From NCBI GenBank assembly GCA_049512975.1, contig JBEKWO010000005.1:22073-86072 (forward strand): a DNA stretch of 64,000 nt, read 5' to 3'. Under the pieces are notes generated by a model. The model had not been told where the DNA came from. It searched no databases and saw only the letters and a list, made by a program, of their open reading frames with translations. The translations under genes were made by a program, and so were the position numbers. Positions 53,959-64,000 of this stretch are shown here, piece after piece. This DNA is from Xanthobacteraceae bacterium. GTDB taxonomy: Bacteria > Pseudomonadota > Alphaproteobacteria > Rhizobiales > Xanthobacteraceae. How positions within the stretch are numbered: the first letter of the stretch is position 1; every line of letters begins with the position of its first letter.

Positions 53959-54150
53959 TCGTACGGCGCCGTCCGGGCTCGCTGCCGTGCGAGCCGAAAT
54001 GACGGCAGCCGCGTCCGCATCATCAACCTGTCGTTAACCATATCCGTTCTAACTCCGTTAACCATCGGGGCCAGCGCGGCGGCCCGTGCTGGTCATGGTG
54101 CGGCCGTCGCACGGGAAGGTCCGCGCGCCGGCGCAGTTCCTTGACGGTGG

Positions 54151-56064
54151 TTGGCTTTGGCAGCTTCCGGGGTGACGCGGACAGCGGGGACGGTGCGCTC
54201 GGGTGCGTGGAGGTCGCTCTTGACGCGCTGGTGCTCCGCGCCGAACGCCGTCGGCGTCGCGCTTGCCGCGGCGATCGGGTTGTCGCCGATGCCGGGCTTG
54301 GCGCAGACGGCTAGTCCCGGGAGTGATCTTCTGCAGCCCTCGCTTGATGGTAATCCGGCAAACCCGCCGCGCTTTCGTCAGCCAGGGGAAGCAGCGACGT
54401 CGGGAAATCGATCGCTTCCCCCCGGCACATTCACCGCGACCTCGCGCCTTGGCGCGACGCCGATCTACGGCAGTCCGGCCGGTTTCGGCGCGGCCGATAC
54501 CGGCTTCGATTCCATGAACACACCGCGGCGCAAGAAGCTGGCGCAAAATCCGCCTTCGAGCAGCGGGGCCGCGCCGCAGCCCGAAACGACTTTCGCGCCG
54601 GTGCGGAGCTACACGTCCCGCGCAACGTCCAAACCTGCCGCGCCGAAAAAGCCGCCGACGCCGGAGATCCATCCGATTAAGGCGGCGACACGGACCGGAG
54701 CCGTGTTGCCACCACCGCCCGAGCCGCCGCCGTTGAGCAATCCGCCGCCGGAGGTACATCCGTTGACGGCGGCCAACCGTCCCGGCGCCGTCTTGCCCGT
54801 CCCGCCGCCGGAATATTTTGACTACGCGGCGAGCACCCCACCGCCGACGACGCCGCAGCCCAATACGCTCTTGCCGGGAACGCTGCCGCAGCGGCCGCTG
54901 CCGCTCGCCGCGGGCGATCCCTACGCGGCGCTCGGCATCCGCGCCGGTTCGTTCCTGTTGCTGCCGTCGCTCGATCTGACCGCCGGCTACAACACCAATC
55001 CCGAACGTGTGACCGGCGCCGGCGGCGCTCCCTATTTTATCGAGGCACCGGAACTACAAGTGCGGTCCGATTGGGAGCGCCACTCGCTCACCGCCGACAT
55101 CATCGGCTCCTACACCGAATACGGCGAGAACCTCGTGCCCTCGCTCAACGTTCCCTATCTCAATGCCAAGATCGACGGTCGCGTCGACGTCACCCGCGAC
55201 ACTCAGATCCTTCTCGATCAGCGTTTCCTCATCAACACCGACAATCCGGGCAGCCCCAACCTACGGACCAACCTGCAGGCGCAACTTGCGCAACTGCCGC
55301 TCAACTTCGACGTCGGCGAGACGGTCGGCGTGGCGCAGCAGTTCAACCGGCTATCCTTTTCACTCCGCGGCACCTTCGATCGCTCCACCTACGACGAATC
55401 GCTCCTCACCGACGGCGAGACTTCGAGCAACGCCGATCGTAACTTTAACCAGTATGCCGGCATCATGCGCGTCGGCTATGAGCTCGACCCCGGGTTGAAG
55501 CCGTTCGTGGAGCTGGAGGGAGATCAGCGCATCCACGACGAGCAGTTCGATCGCAACGGGCTACAGCGCGACTCGGTGGGAGCGAGCGGCAAGGTCGGGG
55601 CGGCCGTCGATCTGTTCGGTTCGCTCACCGGCGAGATGGCCGTCGGCTATGTCGAGCGCACCTACCAGGATCCGACGCTGCCGAACGTCAGCGGCGTGAT
55701 CGCCGACGGTTCGCTGTTGTGGCAGGCGACGCCGCTGACCAGCGCCAAGCTCACCGCCACTTCGCAGGTTTACGAGACCATCGTGGCCGGCGCTTCCGGC
55801 GAGCTCAGCCGCGACGTCAGCCTGCAGATCGATCACGCGTTCCAATACTGGCTCGTCGGCACGCTGAAAGGCGGCTATGGCAACGACAATTATGTCGGCG
55901 TCTTCACCGACAATCGCTATTTCGTGTCCGTCGGGCTGGCCTATAAATTGACGCGCGAGATGCAGATCCGCACGGAGTTGCGGCAGGATTGGTTGACCAC
56001 TACCGAGCCCGGATTCACCTACACCGCGACCACGGCTCTCATCGGCCTGCGCTTGCAGCGCTGA
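54151..56064 (+). CDS. outer-membrane beta-barrel protein with Pro-rich N-terminal region (BBP2_2/DUF2320-like; start uncertain)
   Basis: ...AAIGLSPMPGLAQT is signal-like. A Pro-rich linker contains a 29-aa tandem duplication. It then continues GIRAGSFLLLPSLDLTAGYNTNP... into an alternating-strand barrel. Confidence 0.65.
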   Translation: MALAASGVTRTAGTVRSGAWRSLLTRWCSAPNAVGVALAAAIGLSPMPGLAQTASPGSDLLQPSLDGNPANPPRFRQPGEAATSGNRSLPPGTFTATSRLGATPIYGSPAGFGAADTGFDSMNTPRRKKLAQNPPSSSGAAPQPETTFAPVRSYTSRATSKPAAPKKPPTPEIHPIKAATRTGAVLPPPPEPPPLSNPPPEVHPLTAANRPGAVLPVPPPEYFDYAASTPPPTTPQPNTLLPGTLPQRPLPLAAGDPYAALGIRAGSFLLLPSLDLTAGYNTNPERVTGAGGAPYFIEAPELQVRSDWERHSLTADIIGSYTEYGENLVPSLNVPYLNAKIDGRVDVTRDTQILLDQRFLINTDNPGSPNLRTNLQAQLAQLPLNFDVGETVGVAQQFNRLSFSLRGTFDRSTYDESLLTDGETSSNADRNFNQYAGIMRVGYELDPGLKPFVELEGDQRIHDEQFDRNGLQRDSVGASGKVGAAVDLFGSLTGEMAVGYVERTYQDPTLPNVSGVIADGSLLWQATPLTSAKLTATSQVYETIVAGASGELSRDVSLQIDHAFQYWLVGTLKGGYGNDNYVGVFTDNRYFVSVGLAYKLTREMQIRTELRQDWLTTTEPGFTYTATTALIGLRLQR

Positions 56065-56100
56065 GGCCGGCTGCCGAAACCAACCCGGCACGGCTTCGCG

Positions 56101-56622
56101 TCACCAGGGAAGCCCGCACAGATCGAGCGCGCCGTCCTGCGGCGACGGACGCAGATCGAACACGAATGCCGCCATGACGTCGAAGCGGACCCGGCCTCCC
56201 GGCTGCTCGGCAAATACCGGGCCGGCGAATTGGCGCCATCCCAAGCCGCGATAGAAGGCGAAGTTGTGCGGCTCGCAAAACAACAGTCCGAAATCGGCGT
56301 CATCTTCTTCCTTCATATGCGCGACGGCAACACGCATCGCCGCCGAGGCGTAACCCTTGTTGCGTGAATCTTGGCGGGTGATGACGCCGCCGATGCCGCC
56401 GATCCGCACCGCGCTGTCGGTCCACTTCGCCGGCCGTGAATGGATGCCGACATGACAAACAAGTTCGCCGGCGTCGTTCCAGACCAGCACGCGCTGCTGC
56501 GCATGGGCAAAGACCACACGCCCCCAGGAAAGGGTCGCCAGCGCCTCGGGCGGCCATACGGCCGCGAAGAGCGGTTCCGCCTGTTGCCAGGCGGCGTCGC
56601 CGGGATGAATCTCAATGCGCAT
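56101..56622 (-). CDS. GNAT family N-acetyltransferase
   Basis: 173 aa: ...IGGVITRQDSRNKGYASAAM.... This is an acetyl-CoA-binding motif A-like sequence. Confidence 0.75.
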   Translation of the reverse strand: MRIEIHPGDAAWQQAEPLFAAVWPPEALATLSWGRVVFAHAQQRVLVWNDAGELVCHVGIHSRPAKWTDSAVRIGGIGGVITRQDSRNKGYASAAMRVAVAHMKEEDDADFGLLFCEPHNFAFYRGLGWRQFAGPVFAEQPGGRVRFDVMAAFVFDLRPSPQDGALDLCGLPW

Positions 56623-56715
56623 GTTTGCACCGCACGGTGAGGCTGGCGAAATACGGCCCTAGTCTAGCCACGCGCCACGTCGCTGTGTGGAAAAGAAACC
56701 GAACTGCCGCCGCCT

Positions 56716-58044
56716 TTAGGCTGTCATGATCTGCACCGTCTGCCGCGCCTCGCTCTCCATCTCGCGTCGGACGCGAACGGCCTGCGAGTTGCCGTCCAGC
56801 GCAACGTCGGCCGCTCTCACGAATTCCCCCGCAGCAACGTTGCGCGCGAGCTGGACGCGATGGGCAAGGCCGATCGGCAACGCGCCGAGCGCGAGACTGC
56901 GCGCCGCCGGGATGAGCTTGGCATAAACGGTATAGCCGCCTTCGCCGTCGAGCATCTCGCCGGCCTGCAAGGCGCGCTTGGCCACCGCCACGGCATCGCC
57001 GCGCCAGGCCCGGCAGCTTCCGGTCGGCTCGCCGCGCAGCGCGACGTTGAGCACCGAGATCGACAGTTCAAGCCCGATCAGATGGTAGGGCTTGTACATC
57101 GCCGCATAGCGGCCGGTAGCATCGGTCGGCAGGCCGTATTGCTTGAAACACGCCGCGGCGTAGTCGTTCGCCGCCTTGAACACCACATAGACGCCCCAGC
57201 GCAGATCGCGCTCGACCGGCTGGCCGTCGCGGCGAAGCGACGAGACGACCTCGACCATGGCGTCAGCGGCCAGCACGCCGCCGAGCTGCCGCGGCCGCAA
57301 GACGCTGGCAAGGTCGTCGGCGCCGCACGGCGGAAAGCTCAAGCCGTCATGCGGCACATCAAGCCCGCAGGCATTCGCCACCGCGGCCATCTCGATCGCC
57401 GACTTGGTGCCGTCGAGAAACGAGTTGAACATTTGCGCGTTCATGCCGGCGCGCTTGGCCTCTGCGGCGGAAAGACCGTAATGCTCCCAAACGCCGTCCG
57501 GCGTGACCGTGTGATAGGCCGGCAGATATTTGGTGCCCTTGCCCGCCGCCGCGACGCTGAAGCCGGCCGCGCGCGCCCAGTCGACCATTTCGGCAATCAG
57601 CGCCGGCTGATCGCCGTAGGCCATGGAATAGGTCACGTCGGCGGCGCGGGCCTGGCGTGCGATGAAGGCGCCGGCGAGTGCGTCGGCTTCGACATTGACC
57701 ATGACGATATGCTTTTTCGCCTCGATCGCTTCGATGGCGTGGGCGATGCCGGCCGCGGGATCGCCGGTCGCCTCGACGACCACCTCGACGCCTTCGTCGC
57801 GACAGGCATCGCGCCCGCGTTCGGCGAACCGCGTGCGCGCGATGCGGGCGGCGTCCCAGCCGACGCTGCGGCACGCCGCCTTGGCGCGCTCCGGATCGAG
57901 GTCTGCGATCACCGCGACGTCGAGGCCGGCGATCGACGGCACTTGCGCCAAAAACATCGAGCCGAATTTTCCCGCGCCGATGAGCCCGACGCGGACCGGC
58001 TTACCGGCCGCAACGCGCGCGGTGAGGAGGGATTGCAGATTCAT
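56716..58044 (-). CDS. NAD(P)-binding oxidoreductase with C-terminal SAF domain (COG4091-like)
   Basis: The N-terminus is VRVGLIGAGKFGSMFLAQV. It is 442 aa long. The family is recalled from memory. Confidence 0.6.
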   Translation of the reverse strand: MNLQSLLTARVAAGKPVRVGLIGAGKFGSMFLAQVPSIAGLDVAVIADLDPERAKAACRSVGWDAARIARTRFAERGRDACRDEGVEVVVEATGDPAAGIAHAIEAIEAKKHIVMVNVEADALAGAFIARQARAADVTYSMAYGDQPALIAEMVDWARAAGFSVAAAGKGTKYLPAYHTVTPDGVWEHYGLSAAEAKRAGMNAQMFNSFLDGTKSAIEMAAVANACGLDVPHDGLSFPPCGADDLASVLRPRQLGGVLAADAMVEVVSSLRRDGQPVERDLRWGVYVVFKAANDYAAACFKQYGLPTDATGRYAAMYKPYHLIGLELSISVLNVALRGEPTGSCRAWRGDAVAVAKRALQAGEMLDGEGGYTVYAKLIPAARSLALGALPIGLAHRVQLARNVAAGEFVRAADVALDGNSQAVRVRREMESEARQTVQIMTA

Positions 58045-58335
58045 GTTTCCCTCGCGGTTCCGTCACCCTGGTATGCGCGGCGCGCAGCGTCTCCATGCAG
58101 GATGGCGGGCGCAGGAGGGATTGTACCTGCGGTCTCGCCCGTGTGAAGGGAATCCACGAGCGCGAACTTCTCGGTCATGCGGCAGCGATGCGCTCGTTCC
58201 GAAGCCGTTATCGTTGCTCGATAGACAACACCCCACCCCGACCATAGACTTGAGTTTTCGAAATCCCGATCCAATGCCGAACGACACAGTATTGGGTTAA
58301 CTCACAGACGCGGTCATTGGTGAAGGGCTTCACCC

Positions 58336-59256
58336 ATGGAGATGGCGAGCGGCGCCCAGGCGACACAGCGGCGCCGTGCGATAGTACTCGTGGGTTGCAT
58401 GGTCCTAATTTGGGGCTGCAACTGGCCCATCAATAAGGTCATTCTCACTTACATCAGCCCGCTGTGGTTCGCTTGCATCCGCATGGCGGTGGGAGCCGCC
58501 AGTCTGTTTTTGGTCCAGGCCTTCCGCAGCGGCGGCATCAGACTGCCGGCGCGGGCCGATCTGCCCATCGTGCTCAGCGTTGGCCTGGTGCAAATGGCGG
58601 CCATGCTGGCATTGATGAATCTCGGCTTGGCCAACGTAGCGGCTGGGCGCTCTGCCATTCTCTGCTACACGACGCCGCTCTGGGTGGTTCCGGGAGCCAT
58701 CCTGATCCTCGGCGAGCGGCTGCGTTTGGCCAAGGCGGTGGCACTGCTGCTGGGGCTCGCCGGCGTCGCTTTCATGTTCAATCCGGTGGGATTTGACTGG
58801 AGCGACCGCAAGGCGATCATCGGCAACGGCTACCTGCTGGCGGCCGCTGTGTTGTGGGCGGGAACGACGGTCCACGTGCGCGCCCATCACTGGCGCGGTA
58901 CGCCGCTGGCGCTGGCGCCATGGCAGATGCTGGTCGGCCTCATCCCAATGCTCGCCTTGGCGCGCTGGATCGAGGGGCCGGCCCCCGACTTCCGCTTTTC
59001 CTTGGATACCGTGCTGCTGGCACTTTACAGCGGTCCCGTGATCACCGCCTTTCCGTTCTGGGCCTTCGTCACGATCGCGCGGACGCTGCCGGCGTTGACC
59101 ACCTCCTTGACTCTGTTGCTGGTGCCGGTGGTCGGCCTGCTGAGTTCAGCCGCGTTTCTCGCAGAACCCTTGGACGCCACGACGGTAGTCGGCCTGTTGC
59201 TCATCGTCGGCGCGGTCGCCGCGGTGAGTTTGGCCGATGCCAGAGAGGTCCGGTAA
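58336..59256 (+). CDS. DMT superfamily (EamA-like) transporter
   Basis: 306 aa with about 10 TM helices in two EamA-type halves. Confidence 0.8.
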   Translation: MEMASGAQATQRRRAIVLVGCMVLIWGCNWPINKVILTYISPLWFACIRMAVGAASLFLVQAFRSGGIRLPARADLPIVLSVGLVQMAAMLALMNLGLANVAAGRSAILCYTTPLWVVPGAILILGERLRLAKAVALLLGLAGVAFMFNPVGFDWSDRKAIIGNGYLLAAAVLWAGTTVHVRAHHWRGTPLALAPWQMLVGLIPMLALARWIEGPAPDFRFSLDTVLLALYSGPVITAFPFWAFVTIARTLPALTTSLTLLLVPVVGLLSSAAFLAEPLDATTVVGLLLIVGAVAAVSLADAREVR

Positions 59257-59282
59257 TCACCGACCCATCGGCCGCGACGGTC

Positions 59283-60083
59283 CTACTCCGCCGCGACGCG
59301 GCGGTTGCGCGCATAAGTGAGCAGCGCGTCGTCGGCGACCGGGACGATCGGCGAAAAATCGCGGTGCGCGATCCATTCCGGCCGCGTGAACTTGGTGATG
59401 TGGTTGGAGACCGCGCACAGCGTCAGATAGACGATCTTGCGCGGGTACGGCGTGATGTTGGGCGGCGAGGCGTGCACGAGATTGCCGTGGAACATCAGCA
59501 CCGCGCCGGGCTTGCCGGTCGGCGCCACGATGCCGCCCTCGGCAGCAAGCCGCGTCACCGTCTCCTTGTCCAGCGTCCACAGCGGATAGGACGTGGTCAG
59601 CGTGTCGTGTCCGGCCGACAGCACGCCCTGCTTGTGGCTCTTCGGGATCAGCATCAGCGCGCCGTTGATCGGCATCACCTCGTCGAGGAACACGGCGATA
59701 TTCATGGCGCGCGGTTGCGGCATGCCGTCGTCGCGCGCCCAGGTGCCGTAATCCTGATGCCATTGCCAGACGTCGCCTTCGAACGCCGCCTTGGCGTTGA
59801 GCTTGAACTGATGCACGTAGACGTCCTCGCCGAACAGTTGGCGCAACGGCTCGACCAGCCGCGGATGGCAGGCGAGCAGACGAAACGTCTCGTTGAAGGT
59901 ATGGGCGGCAAAGGCGGTGCGCGGCGCGCCGGTCTTCTCGCGCCACACCTCCTGGCGATCGAGTTTCAGGATCGCTTCGGCATCGTCGCGCAGTTGCGCG
60001 ATTTCCTCTTCGTTGAAGCAGTTCGGAAAGAACAGATAGCCCTGCTCGTCGAACTCGCGGAGCTGACCCGGCGATAGCTGCAT
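59283..60083 (-). CDS. phytanoyl-CoA dioxygenase (PhyH) family Fe(II)/2-oxoglutarate dioxygenase, ectoine-hydroxylase-like
   Basis: MQLSPGQLREFDEQGYLFF...VWQWHQDYGTWARDDGMP...LMLIPKSH...FHGNLVHASPPN.... Start is at the ATG at 60083. Confidence 0.72.
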   Translation of the reverse strand: MQLSPGQLREFDEQGYLFFPNCFNEEEIAQLRDDAEAILKLDRQEVWREKTGAPRTAFAAHTFNETFRLLACHPRLVEPLRQLFGEDVYVHQFKLNAKAAFEGDVWQWHQDYGTWARDDGMPQPRAMNIAVFLDEVMPINGALMLIPKSHKQGVLSAGHDTLTTSYPLWTLDKETVTRLAAEGGIVAPTGKPGAVLMFHGNLVHASPPNITPYPRKIVYLTLCAVSNHITKFTRPEWIAHRDFSPIVPVADDALLTYARNRRVAAE

Positions 60084-60264
60084 GGCGTTTCCGGAGGTTG
60101 GCGTTTCCAGATGGCTTGTTTGTCGGCCTGCGGCATCGTGCCGGCAGGCACGGAGCAACTTAGCCGATATTCCAGGCACGATCCACATCGGGTCGGCTCG
60201 GCGGCGCCGCACTGCGGACGCGGCATGGGTCGGCGGCGGCGATGTCCGCGTTTGCGCCTGACTG

Positions 60265-61217
60265 CTATCCGAGGACGACAAGCGTGCCGCTTACGCCGGC
60301 GAGCGCGTTGGCGATGTTGGGCGGGTTGGTAATAAGCGCCTGTTTCCCGCCGGCCTCCAGGAATTCGACCAGCGCCGTGATCTTCGGTCCCATGCTGCCC
60401 TTGTCAAACTGCCCCGCCGCGTAATAGCGCCGCGCGTCGCTCACCGTCATGCGGTCGAGCCAGCGCTGCCGGGGGGTGTTGAAATCGATGGCGACCCGTT
60501 CGACTCCAGTCGCGATCAGGAAGAGGTCGGCGCCGATTGAACGCGCCAGCAGGCTGGAGGCAAGATCCTTGTCGACCACCGCCTCGATGCCGACGAGATC
60601 TCCGTTCTCGTCCTCGACTACCGGGACGCCGCCGCCGCCGCAGCCGATCACAACAAAACCGGAGCGGGCAAGCTGATTGATGGCCTGAGAATCGATGATC
60701 TGCCGCGGCACCGGGGAGGCGACAACGCGCCGCCAGCCGCGTCCGGCATCTTCCTTGACGCTCCACCCCTGGGCCGCCGCCAATGCCTTGGCCTTGGCTT
60801 CGTCCATGTATGATCCAATAGGCTTGCTTGGCTCGCTGAACGCGGGTCGTTGCGATCGACGAGAATCTCGGTCACGACCGCGACCGGCTCGCGGCGTAAG
60901 CCGCGCCGGCGGAATTCATTATGGAAGGCTTTGACGAACATGTAGCCGATCGAGCCCTGCAAGTCGGCTCCTGCATAGTCCATCGGCACCGGCGGCAGTT
61001 CATGGATGGCGAGTTCCGAGCGGCGCAGGATGAAGCCCATCTGCGGACCATTGCCGTGTGTGACAATGACGTTCCATCCGGCCTCGATCATGTCGCTGAT
61101 TTGACGCACCGTGACCGTCACGGTTTCGTACTGATCAGGGATCGACTGGTGGTCCTGGTCGCGGATCAGCGAATTTCCTCCAATCGCGACCACCGCCAGT
61201 TTCGCGCTTGCGCTCAT
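60265..61217 (-). pseudogene. arcC: carbamate kinase, frame broken by an apparent 1-nt deletion near 60843
   Basis: The N-terminal part is KLAVVAIGGNSL...VIVTHGNGPQMG...VTEILVDRNDP. It continues in another frame as AFSEPSKPIGSYMDEAKAKALAAAQGW...VIGCGGGGVPVV...ATGVERV.... The two parts together total about 317 aa. Confidence 0.75.
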
Positions 61218-61242
61218 CTGTTGCTCCCATTCCGCGTTTCCG

Positions 61243-62079
61243 TCATTCCTCCCAAGCGGTGCAGCCCATCAACAGGCCGAGAATGCCGCAGGCTCCCGAG
61301 CTATGGCCAACGTTCAATGCCGCCTCCGCGGCAAAGGTGACGGTTTCCTCCCCAGCTCCTGTGGCGATGCAGGTCGCAAGCGCAAAGAGCCGCTCCGAAA
61401 TCTGTCCTTCGGCGGCCGCCTCGAGATAAAACCGGCTCACACGATGTGTTCGCGACGCCGCGGCCTTGAGCTGTTCGCACAGCGTCAATACTAGGCGCGC
61501 CCGCGCCTCGATGATACCGACGCTCGACAGCAGCCCGGCGACATAGCCGACAAGAAAGTCGTCAGCGGCGGGCGTCGTCCCCTCGCCCAGACCGACCAGG
61601 GCGGCGACGATCTCGCCGGCCGCACCGGCTGCGAAGCCACGCGCCGCTGCGGTCAAATCTCGAATTGTGGAGCCGGCCGCCCGTTGCAATCCGCTGCTTC
61701 GCCCGTCTCGGCGTAGTGCGTCGAGCGCCGCCTGCCATGCCTGACGGACCGGCACGCTATTAATGTCGAGCTTCAAACTGGTGAGGTCGCATTGCCAGCG
61801 GCGCGAGCGACGCAAATCGACCGAAAGAGTGCTTGCCGAAAAACGCAGGATTCCAGCGCGCGCGGCAAATTCGCAGCCGGGTGCCACGTGACTCGGGAAT
61901 TCCGCCGACCAATCGAGGGTGATGCCGCGCGGCAAATGGCCGACGGCAGAAGTCGCCAGCGTCACAAGCGTTTGATCGGCGAGCCCGAGCAGGCAGACCC
62001 GCGGATAGACGTGCTCAACCGTCCCGGCAAAACCGCCGTCCGGCACACCAGCCGCTGTCGCGATCGCGGCGAGGCGCAT
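61243..62079 (-). CDS. DUF2877 (YlbF/AllH-like) protein
   Basis: 278 aa with GLGEGTTPAADDFLVGYVAGL and GHSSGACGILGL motifs. It lies adjacent to carbamate kinase, as in fdrA-ylbE-ylbF-ybcF type clusters. The family is recalled from memory. Confidence 0.5.
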   Translation of the reverse strand: MRLAAIATAAGVPDGGFAGTVEHVYPRVCLLGLADQTLVTLATSAVGHLPRGITLDWSAEFPSHVAPGCEFAARAGILRFSASTLSVDLRRSRRWQCDLTSLKLDINSVPVRQAWQAALDALRRDGRSSGLQRAAGSTIRDLTAAARGFAAGAAGEIVAALVGLGEGTTPAADDFLVGYVAGLLSSVGIIEARARLVLTLCEQLKAAASRTHRVSRFYLEAAAEGQISERLFALATCIATGAGEETVTFAAEAALNVGHSSGACGILGLLMGCTAWEE

Positions 62080-62222
62080 GACCGCTCCTCTCCGAAGTCT
62101 TCACCTGCTGTCGTCGGCGCCAGCAGAGCTTCCTTCCGGCGCCGCTGTTACAAAATCTTGTCCAAAAGATCCGCCATCTCGCGGTCCCCGCCGGCCGGCG
62201 TGATCGCTACGGCCGGACTTTG

Positions 62223-62546
62223 CTAAAGCTCCGGGAGATGGAAGCGCCGTCGCGCCATGCGGCAGGCGGCGTCGCCCGGTAGGCAGGCTTTGCAAACCTC
62301 GGGTCTCACGCGGTAGATCGCGCAGGCCGTGGTGACGCCGACTTCCCCGATCAGCGCGGCACAGCGATTGCCGCTGCACCGCATGCGTCCGTGTTCGTCA
62401 TCGACATAGGCGCCGGGGATTTGAGCGAGATCGGCGTCCGTTTCCAATGAGAACCGCGGCCACTCCGCCGAAAACGCGCAGCACGCCCCACAAATCCGGC
62501 AGTCGGCGGCGGTCAACGCCGCCCGCCGCCCCGATAGGGCCGTCAC
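62223..62546 (-). CDS. YkgJ family cysteine-cluster protein (UPF0153)
   Basis: 107 aa with [10 protein letters not shown]...C..C...C clusters. The GTG start overlaps the cspA stop (GTGA). Confidence 0.7.
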   Translation of the reverse strand: MTALSGRRAALTAADCRICGACCAFSAEWPRFSLETDADLAQIPGAYVDDEHGRMRCSGNRCAALIGEVGVTTACAIYRVRPEVCKACLPGDAACRMARRRFHLPEL

Positions 62547-62746
62547 TTGACCTTGAGCTTGACCGCGGCGTCTTTGCCCCGATTACTCTCGATCTCGTAT
62601 TCGATGGATTGTCCCTCATTGAGCGTGCTCAACCCGGCCTGCTCGACGGCCGAAATATGGACGAAGACGTCCCGGCCGCCCCCCGAGGGCTGAATGAAGC
62701 CATATCCCTTGGTCGGGTTGAACCACTTCACGGTCCCTGTAGCCAT
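62543..62746 (-). CDS. cspA: cold-shock protein (CspA family)
   Basis: [34 protein letters not shown].... RNP1 and RNP2 motifs are present. Confidence 0.95.
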   Translation of the reverse strand: MATGTVKWFNPTKGYGFIQPSGGGRDVFVHISAVEQAGLSTLNEGQSIEYEIESNRGKDAAVKLKVK

Positions 62747-62867
62747 TTCAATCTCCAGCGTTGCGCGCGCAGGATACAGGCTGCGTCCCGCCGCAACAAG
62801 GCGTTTAACGGCGCCGCGCCACCCGATCGCATCGAGGGCGCCAGCCGCCGATATTCAAAAATTGACG

Positions 62868-63761
62868 CTACTCGGCTTCGCCGTTGATCTCGGCGAGGAT
62901 TTTTTTGATCTCGGCGCGAAAACCGGGCGCAATATCGGGGCGCGCCAGCGCGTAGGACACGTTGGCGGCCAGGAATCCGATCTTCGAGCCGCAGTCGAAG
63001 CTGCGGCCGTCGAATTTCAGGCCGTAGAACGGCTGCGTGCGGGCGAGCGCGATCATAGCGTCGGTGAGCTGAATCTCGCCGCCGGTGCCGCGGTCCTGCT
63101 TGGCCAGAACATCGAGGATCTCCGGCTGCAGGATGTAGCGGCCGGTGAGGATGAGGTTCGATGGCGCCCGCTCGCGCGACGGCTTCTCCACCATGCCGGT
63201 GATCGAGAACATCTTGCCCTTGCGGGCGCCGACGCCGACCACGCCATATTGGTCGACGCGCTCGGGCGGCACCTCCTCGACGGCGACGATATTCGCCCGC
63301 TCGCCGAGTTCGCGCGCCGCGTCGATCATCTGCGCCAGGCAGCCGCGCTCGTGCTGCACCAGCACGTCCGGCAACAGCAGCGCGAACGGCTCGTGGCCGA
63401 TGAGTTCGCGGGCGCACCACACCGCATGGCCGAGCCCGAGCGGCTCCTGCTGGCGGGTGAAACTCGTCGAGCCCGGATCCGGCAGGTCTTGCCGCAGCAC
63501 GTCGAGCGCGTGCTGCTTCTGCCGCTCCTGCAGCGCCATTTCCAGCTCGAACTGGCGGTCGAAATGGTCTTCGATGACGGCCTTGTTGCGGCCGGTGACG
63601 AAGATGAAATGTTCGATGCCGGCCTGCCGGGCCTCATCGACGACGTGCTGGATCAGCGGCCGGTCGACCACCGGCAGCATCTCCTTGGGCATGGCCTTGG
63701 TGGCCGGCAGGAACCGGGTGCCGAGCCCGGCGACGGGAAAGACGGCTTTGCGGAGCTTCAT
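62868..63761 (-). CDS. galU: UTP--glucose-1-phosphate uridylyltransferase
   Basis: [38 protein letters not shown].... Start is at the ATG at 63761. Confidence 0.93.
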   Translation of the reverse strand: MKLRKAVFPVAGLGTRFLPATKAMPKEMLPVVDRPLIQHVVDEARQAGIEHFIFVTGRNKAVIEDHFDRQFELEMALQERQKQHALDVLRQDLPDPGSTSFTRQQEPLGLGHAVWCARELIGHEPFALLLPDVLVQHERGCLAQMIDAARELGERANIVAVEEVPPERVDQYGVVGVGARKGKMFSITGMVEKPSRERAPSNLILTGRYILQPEILDVLAKQDRGTGGEIQLTDAMIALARTQPFYGLKFDGRSFDCGSKIGFLAANVSYALARPDIAPGFRAEIKKILAEINGEAE

Positions 63762-64000
63762 TTGTTGCCGTTGGGCGAAAAGGTGAAGGAGGAAACGAGG
63801 CGAGACGCTTTGTTGCCTAAATCTTTGTCCAAGTCTCCGTCCAGGTTTTGGTCCAAGTCTGTTCCGGTAACATAGCAGGTGCCCCTTCGTGCGGCCACAG
63901 ATCGAGCGAGCGCGGTGCATTTGAAGTTTCGACGATTGAAGCCGCAAGCGAGACGACCGGTCATGGCAACTTTGAAGCCGATCCATCGCCTCGCCGCGGC

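Noticed and set aside
62694-63875. 393-aa plus-strand ORF
   Set aside because: It is antisense to galU and cspA. It is a shadow ORF.

Overview
High-GC (about 65-68% by hand count) alphaproteobacterial chromosome segment. Gene content and order look like Bradyrhizobiaceae/Nitrobacteraceae; this is a taxon guess from recognised proteins, not a search result. Most of the window is core housekeeping: serA-serC, bfd-bfr, proC, prs, lgt-pgeF, rplY-pth-ychF, aroA-cmk-rpsA, sppA-ihfB-trpFBA, hsp20-lon, hemF, phoD, trmL, petB-petC, apt, a fused indolepyruvate:ferredoxin oxidoreductase, hemH, cspA and galU. Many long ORFs in the supplied track are antisense shadow ORFs typical of high-GC DNA and were not called. 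Accessory or unusual content: (1) an intact IS3/IS407-group insertion sequence at 2558-3834 with a programmed -1 frameshift site. (2) A roughly 4.1 kb lower-GC islet at 18940-23121. It is bounded by an intact tRNA-Ala(GGC) and a direct repeat of that tRNA's 3' half, and has no integrase. It carries three genes: a polysaccharide pyruvyl transferase family protein and two paralogous QueC-like PP-loop proteins, one with a canonical SGGLDS loop and one with a degenerate SGSLRS loop. I cannot match this combination to any described system, so it is my best candidate for something new. (3) Two apparently frameshifted genes, a GT39/ArnT-like glycosyltransferase and a carbamate kinase. (4) petB-petC with no adjacent Rieske gene. 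(5) Several palindromic repeat elements and a Shine-Dalgarno-sequestering hairpin upstream of hsp20. No CRISPR array or rRNA was seen. The only tRNA sequences are the tRNA-Ala gene and its half-copy.
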